A stretch of 64,000 bases of DNA, taken from NCBI GenBank assembly GCA_023398295.1, contig JAEWSL010000010.1, forward strand, positions 2,268 through 66,267. The letters are read 5' to 3'. The stretch comes from Elusimicrobiota bacterium (lineage in GTDB: Bacteria > Elusimicrobiota > Elusimicrobia > Elusimicrobiales > Elusimicrobiaceae). The stretch's first letter is position 1, and every line of letters starts with the position of its first letter. A model generated the notes under the pieces. That model saw only the letters and a program-made list of their open reading frames with translations. It did no database searches and was not told where the DNA came from. The translations under genes were made by a program, and so were the position numbers. Positions 53,854 to 63,537 of the stretch are shown here, in pieces.

Positions 53854-54756
53854 CTACTTAACAAGCAGCCGTATGGCGTTGGGACAGGCTTTGATTTCTA
53901 TTCTCTCCGAACTCTGACGCACCTCCCCGTCAATATGATATAAAAACGATCCGAAACAGTTTATGGAAGCCTGCTTTATCTGCAAAATGTTTGACGCGTT
54001 TATCGGGCTTACGCCAGGCATAAAAAAGTTAGGCAGCGCGCCAAGCAGTTTAAGCGTAGGCCCTTCCGTCATAACAATGTCCAAAAGACCGTCGTTAAGC
54101 TTGGCCTGGGGCGCAACGGTAAAATTACTGCCGTACTGTGTGCCGTTTGCCACGCTTAAAGTAAAAGGATATCCGCTTAAAACGCGGCCGTCATCTAAAG
54201 TAATCTCCGTATAAGCGGGCGCATAATTAAAAAATTTGCTTATGCCTATCTTGAAATATTCCAGCCTGCCGCGGCCGCGCGCTTTGTTTTTCTGCGCGTT
54301 CTTTGCGCCCTGCGCGCCGCGCCGCGCAAACTCGGCGGCGACTTCGGCCTCAAAACCAAGGCCGGCTACGTTGATAAAATACTCTTTATCCACCATGCCT
54401 AAATCGCAGGGCAAATCCCTTAAAGACGCCAGATATTTGCAGGCGGCGTCAAAATCGTCCAGCGGATAACCCAGCTGGCGCGCAAGCCCGTTGCCGCTGC
54501 CAAAAGGGATTATGCCCAGGGCGGTCTGAGTACCGGCAAGACTTTGCACCGCTTCGTTTATAGTGCCGTCGCCGCCTGCTACTATAACCTGTGGGAAATT
54601 ATAGCCCGCGGCCTCTTTTGCAAGTTCGCGCGCATGGCCTGCGCCCTGCGTTAAAATAATTTGTGAAGAAGGAAAATTTGCCGCTATAGCTTTTTTCAAA
54701 GCATCTAAGCTGCCGTTTTTGCCGGCGGAAGGATTTATAATAAATATTCTCTCCAT
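53854..54756 (-). CDS. diacylglycerol/lipid kinase family protein (YegS/BmrU-like)
   Basis: IFIINPSAGKNGS and the catalytic GGDGTINE motif. 300 aa. Confidence 0.85.
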   Translation of the reverse strand: MERIFIINPSAGKNGSLDALKKAIAANFPSSQIILTQGAGHARELAKEAAGYNFPQVIVAGGDGTINEAVQSLAGTQTALGIIPFGSGNGLARQLGYPLDDFDAACKYLASLRDLPCDLGMVDKEYFINVAGLGFEAEVAAEFARRGAQGAKNAQKNKARGRGRLEYFKIGISKFFNYAPAYTEITLDDGRVLSGYPFTLSVANGTQYGSNFTVAPQAKLNDGLLDIVMTEGPTLKLLGALPNFFMPGVSPINASNILQIKQASINCFGSFLYHIDGEVRQSSERIEIKACPNAIRLLVK

Positions 54757-54809
54757 TTTTGAACGCTCCTTACCAATATGATATACTTTATAATATTTTG
54801 AGGCGCTTT

Positions 54810-57434
54810 ATGAAGAGTTTGGAAATACGGGAATCTTTCTTAAATTATTTCAAGGCAAAAGGGCTTACGATAGCGCCTTCAAGCCCGCTTGTTCCGCACG
54901 CGGATCCGACTTTGCTTTTTACCTCCGCCGGCATGGTGCAGTTTAAGGCCAATTTTTTAGGGCTTAAAAAAAATCTTAAAAATGCGGCCACCGTGCAAAA
55001 ATGTCTGCGCACTACCGATATAGATAATGTGGGCTTTACAAAAAGGCATCTCACCTTCTTTGAGATGCTGGGCAATTTTTCTTTCGGCGATTATTTTAAG
55101 AAGGAAGCCATTGTGTGGGCCTGGGATTTCCTCACCAAAGAACTGGGGCTTGATAAAGAACGCCTTTATGTAAGCATTTACAAAGGCGGCATTGCCCCGC
55201 GCGACGAAGAAGCCTATAATATTTGGTCAAAGATACTTGATAAAGAACGTATCTTTGAGTTTGGCGAGGCCGATAATTTTTGGACTATGGGCCCCACAGG
55301 CCCCTGCGGCCCCTGCTCCGAAATTTACTACGACTTTGGCGAAAAAAACGCCTGCCCCCATTGCAAAGACAAAAAAATAGCCTGCGACTGCGGCCGCTAC
55401 GTTGAAATTTGGAATTTAGTCTTTACCCAGTTTAACCGTCTTGAAGACGGCTCTCTTGAAGCCCTGCCGCAGAAAAATATTGACACCGGTATGGGCCTTG
55501 AGCGTCTTGCCATGGTTATGCAAAACGCCGATAATCCCTTTGATACCGACTTATTTTTGCCCATAGCAGAGCATGCTAAAAAAATACTGGAAATTAAGGG
55601 CAAAAATAAGCTTGAAAATACCGCCTTAAGAATTATAGCCGACCATGTGCGCGCGGCCGTATTTCTTATCTCGGAAGGCGTTTTGCCCTCAAACGAGGGC
55701 CGCGGATATATATTGCGCCGCCTTATAAGGCGCGCTGCGCGCTACGGCAGGCTTATGGGCAGAAGCTCCCCTTTTATGTGGGAACTTGTGCCGACGGTAA
55801 TTTCAGTATTTCAGAACATTTATCCCGAACTTGTTTCAAATATCGTACATATACAAAACACGCTTAAGACGGAAGGCAACGCTTTCTACAGAACCTTAAA
55901 CGACGGCGAGCAAAGACTGCAGGAAATTATTAAAAGCGGCGCAAAACAGGTAAGCGGCGAAGAAGCTTTTTATTTATATGAAACTTACGGGTTTCCTCTT
56001 GAACTTACAAAAGAGATTTTGGCGCAAAAGAAGATTTCTCTTGACGAGCAGGGCTTTTACGCCGCGCAGGAGAAAGCAAAAGAATGTTCCAAAACACAAT
56101 GCGACGAGTTTGAAAAAGAAAAAGTTTTAACCGTCCAAAAGCTTGAAAGCAGCCTGGCGGCTACCAAATTTGTCGGCTACGAAACTTTGCAGACTAAATC
56201 TAAAATTCTGGCTTTGTTAAACAAACAGTACCAGCCCGTTGAGGCGCTTACAAAAGAAGGCTACGTCATTTTTGACCGAACGCCTTTTTACGCAGAGTGC
56301 GGCGGACAGGTGGGCGACATCGGCACCGTTGAGATTAACGAGGAAAATTCCGCCCGCGTGCAGGACACGCAAAAGCCGCTTGATAAATTGTATCTTCATA
56401 AAATAAGCGTAATTACCGGCGCAATTAAGATGGGCGACGTTGTTAACGCAAAAGTTGATGCTATGACGCGCCTTCTTACTTCGGCCAATCACACCGCCGT
56501 GCACGTGATAAATTACGCGCTTAAAAAAGTGCTTGGGCCGCAGGTAAGGCAGGCGGGCAGCCACGTTAATTCAGAAAGGCTGCGTTTTGATTACACCTGT
56601 TCCAAAACGCCCTCGCCAATGGATTTTTTGGCCATATGGACGGAAGCAAATAATATAGTTATGCAGAGCTATCCCGTTTGGATAGAAGAACGCCCGTTAA
56701 GCGACGCAAAAAAGTTTGGCGCCACCGTTCTTTTGGGCGAGCATTACGCCGATCCCGCGCGCTTTATTCTTATTAACAGGGAAGGATTTTCAAACCCGCA
56801 GGATAAAATAAGCCTTGAACTCTGCGGCGGCACACACGTAAAGAACACCATAGAAATTATGGCGATAAGAATTTTGAAAGAATTTGCCGTATCATCGGGA
56901 GTAAGAAGAATTGAGGCTACGGCTTCTTTCAGCGCGGTGGAATATCTAAAAATGTATGCAAACAGCTCTACGCTTGCCTGCAAGATGCTGGGCACTTCGG
57001 TAGAAGAGCTTTGTCCCAAAGTTGAGAAACTTATAAACTCCGAGCGCGAACTTAAAAAGGAAATCGCCCGCCTTAAAAAACAGCTTTTAAGCGGCGCGGC
57101 CGACAGTTCGCTGCAAAAAGAATTTACCCTAAAAGACGGCGCGGCCTTAATTGCCTTTAACGCGCAAAATACAGAAATAAAAGAACTGCGCACGCTTAGC
57201 GATAATATGGCCGATAAAAACCCAAAGAAAGTAATTTTAATTGCAACCGACGGCGAGGGTAAAAAATCTTTCGTCGTAAAAAGCTATGAAGGCGGCCCAG
57301 ACGCGGGCGCTTTGGCAAAGCAAATTTCGGCCCTGATAAACGGGCGCGGCGGCGGCAAACAAAGCTTTGCGCAAGGCGGCGGCGAGGCTTTGGCTTGGCA
57401 GGATTTCGTTGCAAAACTCTCCGAACTTTCTTAG
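54810..57434 (+). CDS. alaS: alanine--tRNA ligase
   Basis: Class II core (FTSAGMVQFK, RHLTFFEMLGNFSFGDYFK), the editing domain HxxxH (NHTAVHVINYAL, CGGTHV), and the C-terminal DHHA1 GGGK. I prefer the ATG at 54810 (GAGG RBS) over 54759. Confidence 0.95.
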   Translation: MKSLEIRESFLNYFKAKGLTIAPSSPLVPHADPTLLFTSAGMVQFKANFLGLKKNLKNAATVQKCLRTTDIDNVGFTKRHLTFFEMLGNFSFGDYFKKEAIVWAWDFLTKELGLDKERLYVSIYKGGIAPRDEEAYNIWSKILDKERIFEFGEADNFWTMGPTGPCGPCSEIYYDFGEKNACPHCKDKKIACDCGRYVEIWNLVFTQFNRLEDGSLEALPQKNIDTGMGLERLAMVMQNADNPFDTDLFLPIAEHAKKILEIKGKNKLENTALRIIADHVRAAVFLISEGVLPSNEGRGYILRRLIRRAARYGRLMGRSSPFMWELVPTVISVFQNIYPELVSNIVHIQNTLKTEGNAFYRTLNDGEQRLQEIIKSGAKQVSGEEAFYLYETYGFPLELTKEILAQKKISLDEQGFYAAQEKAKECSKTQCDEFEKEKVLTVQKLESSLAATKFVGYETLQTKSKILALLNKQYQPVEALTKEGYVIFDRTPFYAECGGQVGDIGTVEINEENSARVQDTQKPLDKLYLHKISVITGAIKMGDVVNAKVDAMTRLLTSANHTAVHVINYALKKVLGPQVRQAGSHVNSERLRFDYTCSKTPSPMDFLAIWTEANNIVMQSYPVWIEERPLSDAKKFGATVLLGEHYADPARFILINREGFSNPQDKISLELCGGTHVKNTIEIMAIRILKEFAVSSGVRRIEATASFSAVEYLKMYANSSTLACKMLGTSVEELCPKVEKLINSERELKKEIARLKKQLLSGAADSSLQKEFTLKDGAALIAFNAQNTEIKELRTLSDNMADKNPKKVILIATDGEGKKSFVVKSYEGGPDAGALAKQISALINGRGGGKQSFAQGGGEALAWQDFVAKLSELS

Positions 57435-57437
57435 TTT

Positions 57438-57460
57438 GCGCGCCAACGGCGCGTTCTTTT
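57438..57460 (+). terminator. possible rho-independent terminator of alaS
   Basis: CGCGCC-aac-GGCGCG is a 6-bp GC stem followed by TTCTTTT, 4 nt after the alaS stop. The T-tract runs into repeat copy D. Confidence 0.4.
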
Positions 57461-57980
57461 GGTTGTGCGCTCAGGCGCACCCTGGGCAAATAAGCTAATT
57501 TACGCAACGTCCAAACTTCGTTTTCCCAGTTAAAAGACAAAAACTACAACGGAATAGTGGAAGATTGCTTCCGAGTGTCGGCAATTTGGGAGGACATTGT
57601 CCTTCCAAATTGCCGACCTCGCGCAAAGACGGCACTAATTAACAACGGCAAAGCGCGCTGTCCGTACGTGTTAGTGCGCACGCAGTTGACTTGGCCGTTC
57701 GTTAAACGCTCATTTGTGCCAAGATGTCGCGATTTTTCAAGTTTGAGGCAAATTTGCGTTTGACCTGAAGGCCGCGTGGATACTTGAAGCTTGTTTGTTC
57801 CTCTGCCACGCGGACTGGTCCCGCCGCGTTTTAACTCTTCTGTTTAATTGTAAATGCGAAGCTTGGCATTTGCCTTGCTTAGCTTATTTGTTGAACGTGC
57901 GCCCAAGCGCACAGCCAAAAGAATGAAAAATTGTGCGCACGATACTATCTGCCTCTTACACCATATGCCGTTAGTCGTTG
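57454..57980. mobile_element. MITE-like nested inverted-repeat element, copy D (left outer end missing)
   Basis: The right end AAAAATTGTGCGCACGATACTATCTGCCTCTTACACCATATGCCGTTAG matches the other copies. The left outer terminal repeat is absent. Arms at 57456-57520 and 57857-57920 are inverted copies of the GTGCGC..GCGCAC / GCTAATTTACGCAA module. Confidence 0.55.
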
Positions 57981-58085
57981 TCGTTATATATCTATCAATT
58001 GAAACCCATTATTTGTTATAATCTATATATCGGATTACCCGTCCGTCGGTGTTTTTTGCCCCCTAAAAAGGTAAAATATAGATAA

Positions 58086-58168
58086 GGTTGGGTGGCTGAG
58101 CGGTCAAAAGCAACGGTCTGTAAAACCGTCGGGCTTGCCCTACATAGGTTCGAATCCTATCCCAACCA
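58086..58168 (+). tRNA. tRNA-Tyr (anticodon GTA)
   Basis: GGTTGGG/CCCAACC acceptor stem, D-loop AGCGGTCAAA, anticodon stem ACGGT/ACCGT with loop CTGTAAA, long variable arm, TPsiC GGTTCGAATCC, discriminator A. Colinear with E. coli tRNA-Tyr. The 3' CCA is not encoded. Confidence 0.9.
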
Positions 58169-58260
58169 ATTTTAACGCCGAAATTTTCGCGCCGTGGTAG
58201 CGCGCAAATATTCTGTTTAATAGGACCCGAGTCAAATCCTATAAAAACAAAAGGTACAAA

Positions 58261-58683
58261 ATGAGCAAAACTTACTTACCTTCCGTTCAGGAAGCAGAAG
58301 CACAAAGAAAATGGCATCACATAGATGCCGACGGCAAGACTTTAGGCAGGCTTGCCACTCAGCTGGCGGTCTTCTTAATGGGCAAGCATAAAAAGACTTT
58401 TACCCCTAACATGGACTGCGGAGATTTTGTCGTAGTTACAAACGCGGCTAAAATCAAAGTTACCGGCAAAAAGGCGGAGCAGAAAGTTTATTTCTCCCAC
58501 TCCGGCTACGCAAAGGGCGCAAAAGAAGTCCCTTTTAACAGACTTATGGAAAACAATCCCGCTAAAGTAATTGAGCATGCCGTTTTCCGTATGTTGGACA
58601 ATAATAAACTGCGCGCCAAGAGAATGAAACGCCTGAGAATCTTCGCCGGCGAAGAACATTCTTTTGCAGACAGGTTAAAATAA
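58261..58683 (+). CDS. rplM: 50S ribosomal protein L13
   Basis: KWHHIDADGKTLGRLATQLAVFLMGKHK and the GYAKG region. 140 aa, followed by rpsI. Confidence 0.95.
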   Translation: MSKTYLPSVQEAEAQRKWHHIDADGKTLGRLATQLAVFLMGKHKKTFTPNMDCGDFVVVTNAAKIKVTGKKAEQKVYFSHSGYAKGAKEVPFNRLMENNPAKVIEHAVFRMLDNNKLRAKRMKRLRIFAGEEHSFADRLK

Positions 58684-58695
58684 AAGGTGGATTTT

Positions 58696-59091
58696 ATGAC
58701 ACAAAACAAACAAATCAAAACGGGAAGGAGAAAAACTTCCGTTGCGCAAGCGTCCCTTTCAAAAGGCACGGGCAAGATAACCGTAAACGCTAAACCGTTG
58801 GCGGAATATTTTGCCGGCTGCGAAAGACATCAAAATACCGCAGCTTCCCCCTTGGCCGAACTTAAGGCCGATAAAAATTTTGACGTTACAGTCAAAGTTC
58901 AGGGCGGGGGCATTTCTTCTCAGGCGGGCGCGGTGCGCCACGCTATTTCCCGCGCGTTAAGCGTCTTGGGAGATGAGAACAGAAAAGTCCTCAAGAAAGC
59001 GGGGTTCCTCACAAGGGATCCGCGTATGGTGGAAAGAAAGAAGCCCGGCCAGCCTAAGGCGAGAAGGCGCTTCCAATTCTCCAAACGTTAA
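58696..59091 (+). CDS. rpsI: 30S ribosomal protein S9
   Basis: GRRKTSVAQ, GGGISSQAGAVRHAISRAL and the C-terminus KARRRFQFSKR. I prefer the ATG at 58696 (AAGGTGG RBS 5 nt upstream) over the GTG at 58687. Confidence 0.95.
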   Translation: MTQNKQIKTGRRKTSVAQASLSKGTGKITVNAKPLAEYFAGCERHQNTAASPLAELKADKNFDVTVKVQGGGISSQAGAVRHAISRALSVLGDENRKVLKKAGFLTRDPRMVERKKPGQPKARRRFQFSKR

Positions 59092-59106
59092 TCTTTCATA
59101 TACGGC

Positions 59107-59139
59107 AAAAAGCCCGCGCTCAAAGCGCGGGCTTTTTTT
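59107..59139 (+). terminator. rho-independent terminator of rplM-rpsI
   Basis: AGCCCGCGC-tcaaa-GCGCGGGCT followed by TTTTTT, 16 nt after the rpsI stop. Confidence 0.8.
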
Positions 59140-59162
59140 GCGCCTGCCAAATTTACGCCAAA

Positions 59163-60038
59163 CTAAAATAACAGAAAATACATGCCGCAGGCAAAAAACA
59201 AAAATGCCCAGTAGAGATATTTGCTTGGGCGCTTATGCTCAAAGACGCTTTCAAAAACAGCCGCAAAAATAACGCCCGTTACGGCGATGGAAGTAACCAC
59301 CGCCAAATTGCCCGCTTGCACCGCTTTTAAGTAAAACGCAAGCGATAAAAACGTGCCAAAAAATACTCCCGCCACGCAAACCGTTTTACCGCTTCTGTTA
59401 AGACTTTTGAAATTTGCAAATAAATTAAATTTAATCCAGCGCGATAAAATAATAAAAAACAAAGTCGCGCTTGCGGCCCTGTAAAAATTGCCTTCAAAAG
59501 TGCTTGTCTGCAAACTGTTGTCAAAAGCATATCGCGTAAATAAGACGCCCGCGCCGTCAAACATAATGCCGCAAAGCGCGTAAAAAGTATTTTTAACGTT
59601 AAAATGTTTTTCCTTGCGGTAAGTTTCAACGGAAAATATCATTATGCATACGATAAAAAATATTATGCTGATAAATTTAGCGGCATTAATAGTCTGCCCG
59701 AAGAGATAAAAACTTACTACGCCTACAAAAAGCGGCTGAAAGGCATATAGCATCATCGTCCTTCCCGGGCCCATGCCTTTGAAAGCTTTTATCAAAAAGA
59801 TATCGGCTATGCCAAGCCCCAAAAAACCCGATATCAAAAACGCCGACAGAGAGGCCGCCCCGATATAATGAAACCCGCCGCTAAGCAAAATTACGCACAG
59901 GAAGAAAAATGCCGAAAGAGAAGCCTTAAGAGCGTTTACCCAAACGGAAGAAAACTTGCGCGCGTAGCGCGTATAAAACTGCGCGCCAAGCCCCCAAAAT
60001 AAATTGGATACTACCGCGTAAAAATATGGAGAAGACAT
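59163..60038 (-). CDS. DMT-superfamily (EamA-like) transporter
   Basis: Ten hydrophobic segments arranged as two EamA-like halves. I prefer the ATG at 60038; the ORF-track start at 60053 is a TTG. Confidence 0.75.
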   Translation of the reverse strand: MSSPYFYAVVSNLFWGLGAQFYTRYARKFSSVWVNALKASLSAFFFLCVILLSGGFHYIGAASLSAFLISGFLGLGIADIFLIKAFKGMGPGRTMMLYAFQPLFVGVVSFYLFGQTINAAKFISIIFFIVCIMIFSVETYRKEKHFNVKNTFYALCGIMFDGAGVLFTRYAFDNSLQTSTFEGNFYRAASATLFFIILSRWIKFNLFANFKSLNRSGKTVCVAGVFFGTFLSLAFYLKAVQAGNLAVVTSIAVTGVIFAAVFESVFEHKRPSKYLYWAFLFFACGMYFLLF

Positions 60039-60084
60039 AAATCCCCCGCCCAAAAAACACCGCCGAGCAACCCTTCAAACGCGC

Positions 60085-60117
60085 AAAAAAATGCGGCCGC
60101 TAAGACCGCATTTTTTT
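60085..60117 (-). terminator. A/T-flanked hairpin (bidirectional-type terminator) after the OMP gene
   Basis: AAAAAAATGCGGCC-gctaa-GACCGCATTTTTTT is an imperfect 7-bp stem flanked by an A-run and a T-run, 17 nt past the stop at 60134. Confidence 0.5.
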
Positions 60118-60133
60118 ATAAAAATGCCAAAAC

Positions 60134-60886
60134 TTAGAACAGATATTTGGCTTTCAACCCCCAGACATTGCCAAACCCGTATCCTTTATTATGCCCTTCA
60201 ATTTCAAGATAGGGGACTAAGGCAAACTGCTGGGGAATAATCTCGGCCGAATAATCAAAAGAAAAACCGTAGCCAAAAACATTTTCGCCGAAGAAATAGC
60301 TTTTCAAAAGCACTCCGCCTTCAACGGAATGTTTATCCGTTATATAAACTTTCCCAAAGCCTTTTGCGCTCCAAATAGACCCTTCGCATCCGCTTTGCGT
60401 TTTGGCTTGATAGTCAATAGCCAGCTTTGCGCCCAAAGTAACGTTCTTCATAATTTGATCGGAGCCTATTAAACCCGCTATCCCCAAAGAAGTGGCGCCT
60501 TTTGCGCTGCCGCCGTCGCCGTTATATGGGGAGTCAAAAAGCTCGGGGCTTAGGGAACCGGCTAAATCCAAAAAGTAACCGTCGGCAAGGCTGTCAAAAA
60601 AACGGTATCTGCCGTGTAAAACCGGGTCCTGAAGACCGCTTGAGATATGATGCATATCCGCCCAGCCAAGGCCGAAACCTAAAGTAAGATTATCTTCCAC
60701 TCCTATGGAAACATCGGCAAAAAGACCGGTGGAATTGCCTAAATTAAAATCCTTGTTTGTGTTGGCAAAAGAAGCGTAGGCCGTAACCTCATTTTTCTTA
60801 GGCATAAAAAACGGATCGGTAATGCTTAAGGCCGCCGCCGCAAGCGCGCAGGAACAAAATAAGGCTGCGCAGATAATTTTTTTCAT
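60134..60886 (-). CDS. hypothetical outer-membrane beta-barrel protein
   Basis: Signal peptide (ALFCSCALAAAA), alternating beta-strand pattern rich in G/Y/F, and a terminal ...KAKYLF. GGAGGG RBS. Confidence 0.55.
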   Translation of the reverse strand: MKKIICAALFCSCALAAAALSITDPFFMPKKNEVTAYASFANTNKDFNLGNSTGLFADVSIGVEDNLTLGFGLGWADMHHISSGLQDPVLHGRYRFFDSLADGYFLDLAGSLSPELFDSPYNGDGGSAKGATSLGIAGLIGSDQIMKNVTLGAKLAIDYQAKTQSGCEGSIWSAKGFGKVYITDKHSVEGGVLLKSYFFGENVFGYGFSFDYSAEIIPQQFALVPYLEIEGHNKGYGFGNVWGLKAKYLF

Positions 60887-60944
60887 TGGAAAAACCCTCC
60901 TAAATTTATATACTAAATGATATCAAATACGGAGGTTTTTATCT

Positions 60945-62129
60945 ATGCCTTTGGAGGCCCTCTTACCCTATATTACACCGCAGCATCCTTCTTCAAGATA
61001 TGCTTTGATTTTGTGCCTTATCGCAATAATGCTTATTCTGCTTAAATACTTTTCGCGCTTTCTGCAATGGGTTGCGGAAAAGTTTATGGCCCGCAAAAAC
61101 CTGCTAAAGCAAAACTGGCTTAAGCCTATCGCCGAAAGCCGCGTTTTAATAAACGCTTTCTACGCCATGGGCGCGGCGGCAATAGCTTCTTTGGCGCAGA
61201 TAATGCTCGGCGGATATTACCAGCTGATGACAAATCTAGTGCTGCGCATACTGGATTGTATAGTAATAGTATCCACGGTATTTGCAATTGCTTCGGCCTT
61301 AAATATAATTGTCGCCAGACACGGGCGTTCTTCAAAACTGCCGCTTAAGAGCATTGTGCAGGCTCTTAAGGTAATTGTTTGGGCAATAGCTTTGATACTG
61401 ATAGTTTCGGTTTTATTTAATAAAAAACCTTTTTATTTCTTAGGCGGTTTAACGGCTTTATCGGCAATAATACTGCTGGTGTTTAAGGATTCTATTTTGG
61501 GGCTTGTTTCCGGTTTTCAGCTGGCGTTAAACGATTTGGTGCGCATCGGCGACTGGATAGAAATCCCCTCCCAGGGCGCAGACGGCGAGGTTATTGATAT
61601 CCTGCTTTCCACCGTACGCGTGCGCAACTGGGATAATACCATTGTAAGCATACCCGCATACGACTTGGTTTCGCGCTCTTTTACCAACTGGCGCGGTATG
61701 AGCGAGTCCGGCGCAAGAAGAATTAAGCGCGCCATAAACATTGACATCAAAACCGTAAGATTTCTTAACGAAGAAGATATCAAAAAATATGAGAAAATGC
61801 CTTTGCTTAAAAAATATCTTGAGGATAAAACAAACGAACTCAATGAAGCCAACGAAAACAGCCCCTACCGCCGCAGATTAAGCAATTTGGGCACTTTCCG
61901 CGCGTATTGTTTTGAGTATCTTAAAAAGAACCCCAATATAACGCGGGATTTTACCTGTATGGTGCGCCAGCTTGCGCCGACCTCAGAAGGCCTGCCGCTT
62001 GAAATTTACGCGTTTGCAAATACCACCGTTTGGACCGATTACGAGGCGATACAGGCCGATATTTTTGACCATCTGCTTTCGGTAATAAGCGCGTTTGACT
62101 TAAAAGTTTTCCAACGCTACGGCATTTAG
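60945..62129 (+). CDS. mechanosensitive ion channel family protein (MscS-like)
   Basis: N-terminal TM helices, a pore-lining helix plus beta-domain (FKDSILGLVSGFQLALNDLVRIGDWIEIPSQGADGEVIDILLSTVRVRNWDNTIVSIPAYDLV), and a C-terminal alpha/beta domain. Confidence 0.85.
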   Translation: MPLEALLPYITPQHPSSRYALILCLIAIMLILLKYFSRFLQWVAEKFMARKNLLKQNWLKPIAESRVLINAFYAMGAAAIASLAQIMLGGYYQLMTNLVLRILDCIVIVSTVFAIASALNIIVARHGRSSKLPLKSIVQALKVIVWAIALILIVSVLFNKKPFYFLGGLTALSAIILLVFKDSILGLVSGFQLALNDLVRIGDWIEIPSQGADGEVIDILLSTVRVRNWDNTIVSIPAYDLVSRSFTNWRGMSESGARRIKRAINIDIKTVRFLNEEDIKKYEKMPLLKKYLEDKTNELNEANENSPYRRRLSNLGTFRAYCFEYLKKNPNITRDFTCMVRQLAPTSEGLPLEIYAFANTTVWTDYEAIQADIFDHLLSVISAFDLKVFQRYGI

Positions 62130-62154
62130 GCGTATTTGCTATAATATATAACGT

Positions 62155-63537
62155 ATGCTGAGCCCCCTTGAAAGCCGTTATAAAGACGTTTTGCGGGGCC
62201 TTGCTCTTTGTGCGGGGCAGGGCGCGGCCCTTTCAAATAAAATACGCGTTGAAACCTCTTATTTTTTGGCCCTGGCGGACTTAAAATTTTTCAAAATATC
62301 CCCCAAAGAACGCGCCTTTGTAAAAGGCCTTTGCAAACTCTCGGCCGACGATTTGGAACTTTTGCGCAAACTGGAGTTTGAAGGCTTCAAAAATATCCCC
62401 CCCACGCGCCACGATATAAAAGCAATAGAATATTTCCTGCGCGTTAAATTTGAAACCTCTCCTTACAAAAACCTAAAGGGCCTTGTTAATTGGCTGCACT
62501 TTGCCTTAACTTCGGAAGATATAAACAGCGTTGCCTACGCTTTGCTTATCAAAAACAGCGTGGACAGCTGCCTTGCGCCCGAACTGAAAAAAATACTGGG
62601 CGCGCTGGACACTCTTGCAAAAAAATACGCCGATGTTGCGATGCCTGCGCGCACGCACGGGCAGGCGGCAGTCCCGACTACTCTAGGCAAAGAACTGCGC
62701 GTTTTTTACTGCCGCCTAAAACGCCAAAACGACTTGCTTGCGCACGCGCAGGCGACCTGCAAACTAAGCGGGGCCGTCGGCAATTACAGCGCGCACTGCG
62801 CCGCTTTTGCGCAGGTAAACTGGACGCAATTTGCGCAAAAATTTATCAAAAATTTTAATACGCAAAAAGGCGTAGAAATAATTTTATGCGAGGCTTCAAC
62901 TCAAATAGATAATTACGATTCTTACGCCGAGATATTTGATAATTTAAGACGCATAAACACCATTCTTCTTGACGCGGCCCAGGATATCTGGCGCTATATA
63001 AGTGACGGATTTTTAACGCAAAAAGCCGTTAAAGGCGAAACAGGCTCTTCCACCATGCCGCAGAAAGTAAATCCCATTGACTTTGAAAATGCCGAGGGTA
63101 ACCTTGGCCTTGCAAACGCTCTGCTTACTTTTTTTAGCGCAAAACTGCCTATATCAAGATTGCAAAGGGACCTTTCCGATAGCACGGTAAAGCGCAATAT
63201 CCCCGTCGCTTTCGGGCATTGCGCGGTGGCATATAATTCTTTCCTAAAGGGCTTAAGCAAAATTGACGCCGACGCCAAAGCGTGCCTTGCCGCACTAAAA
63301 AAACACCCCGAAATTGCGGCCGAAGGCCTGCAAACAATACTGCGTGCCAACGGCGTAAAAAACGCTTACGAGCAGCTAAAAACTTTAACGCGCGGCAAAC
63401 AAGTTACACGCAAAGAACTGGAAACTTTTATAAATAAATTGGAGCTGCCTCAAACAGTTAAAAATAAATTAAAAAACTTAAATGAAACGAACTATTTAGG
63501 CCTGGCTCAAAAAATCGCAAAGGGAGAAATAAAATGA
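62155..63537 (+). CDS. purB: adenylosuccinate lyase
   Basis: Fumarate-lyase superfamily signature GSSTMPQKVNP, an N-terminal PurB-type region and an ADSL C-terminal domain. 460 aa. Confidence 0.95.
   Translation: MLSPLESRYKDVLRGLALCAGQGAALSNKIRVETSYFLALADLKFFKISPKERAFVKGLCKLSADDLELLRKLEFEGFKNIPPTRHDIKAIEYFLRVKFETSPYKNLKGLVNWLHFALTSEDINSVAYALLIKNSVDSCLAPELKKILGALDTLAKKYADVAMPARTHGQAAVPTTLGKELRVFYCRLKRQNDLLAHAQATCKLSGAVGNYSAHCAAFAQVNWTQFAQKFIKNFNTQKGVEIILCEASTQIDNYDSYAEIFDNLRRINTILLDAAQDIWRYISDGFLTQKAVKGETGSSTMPQKVNPIDFENAEGNLGLANALLTFFSAKLPISRLQRDLSDSTVKRNIPVAFGHCAVAYNSFLKGLSKIDADAKACLAALKKHPEIAAEGLQTILRANGVKNAYEQLKTLTRGKQVTRKELETFINKLELPQTVKNKLKNLNETNYLGLAQKIAKGEIK

Noticed and set aside
57196-57540. 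114-aa minus-strand ORF crossing the alaS 3' end and the start of repeat copy D
   Set aside because: It is antisense to the alaS C-terminal domain and continues into repeat DNA. The translation is Arg/Leu/Pro-rich with no start context.
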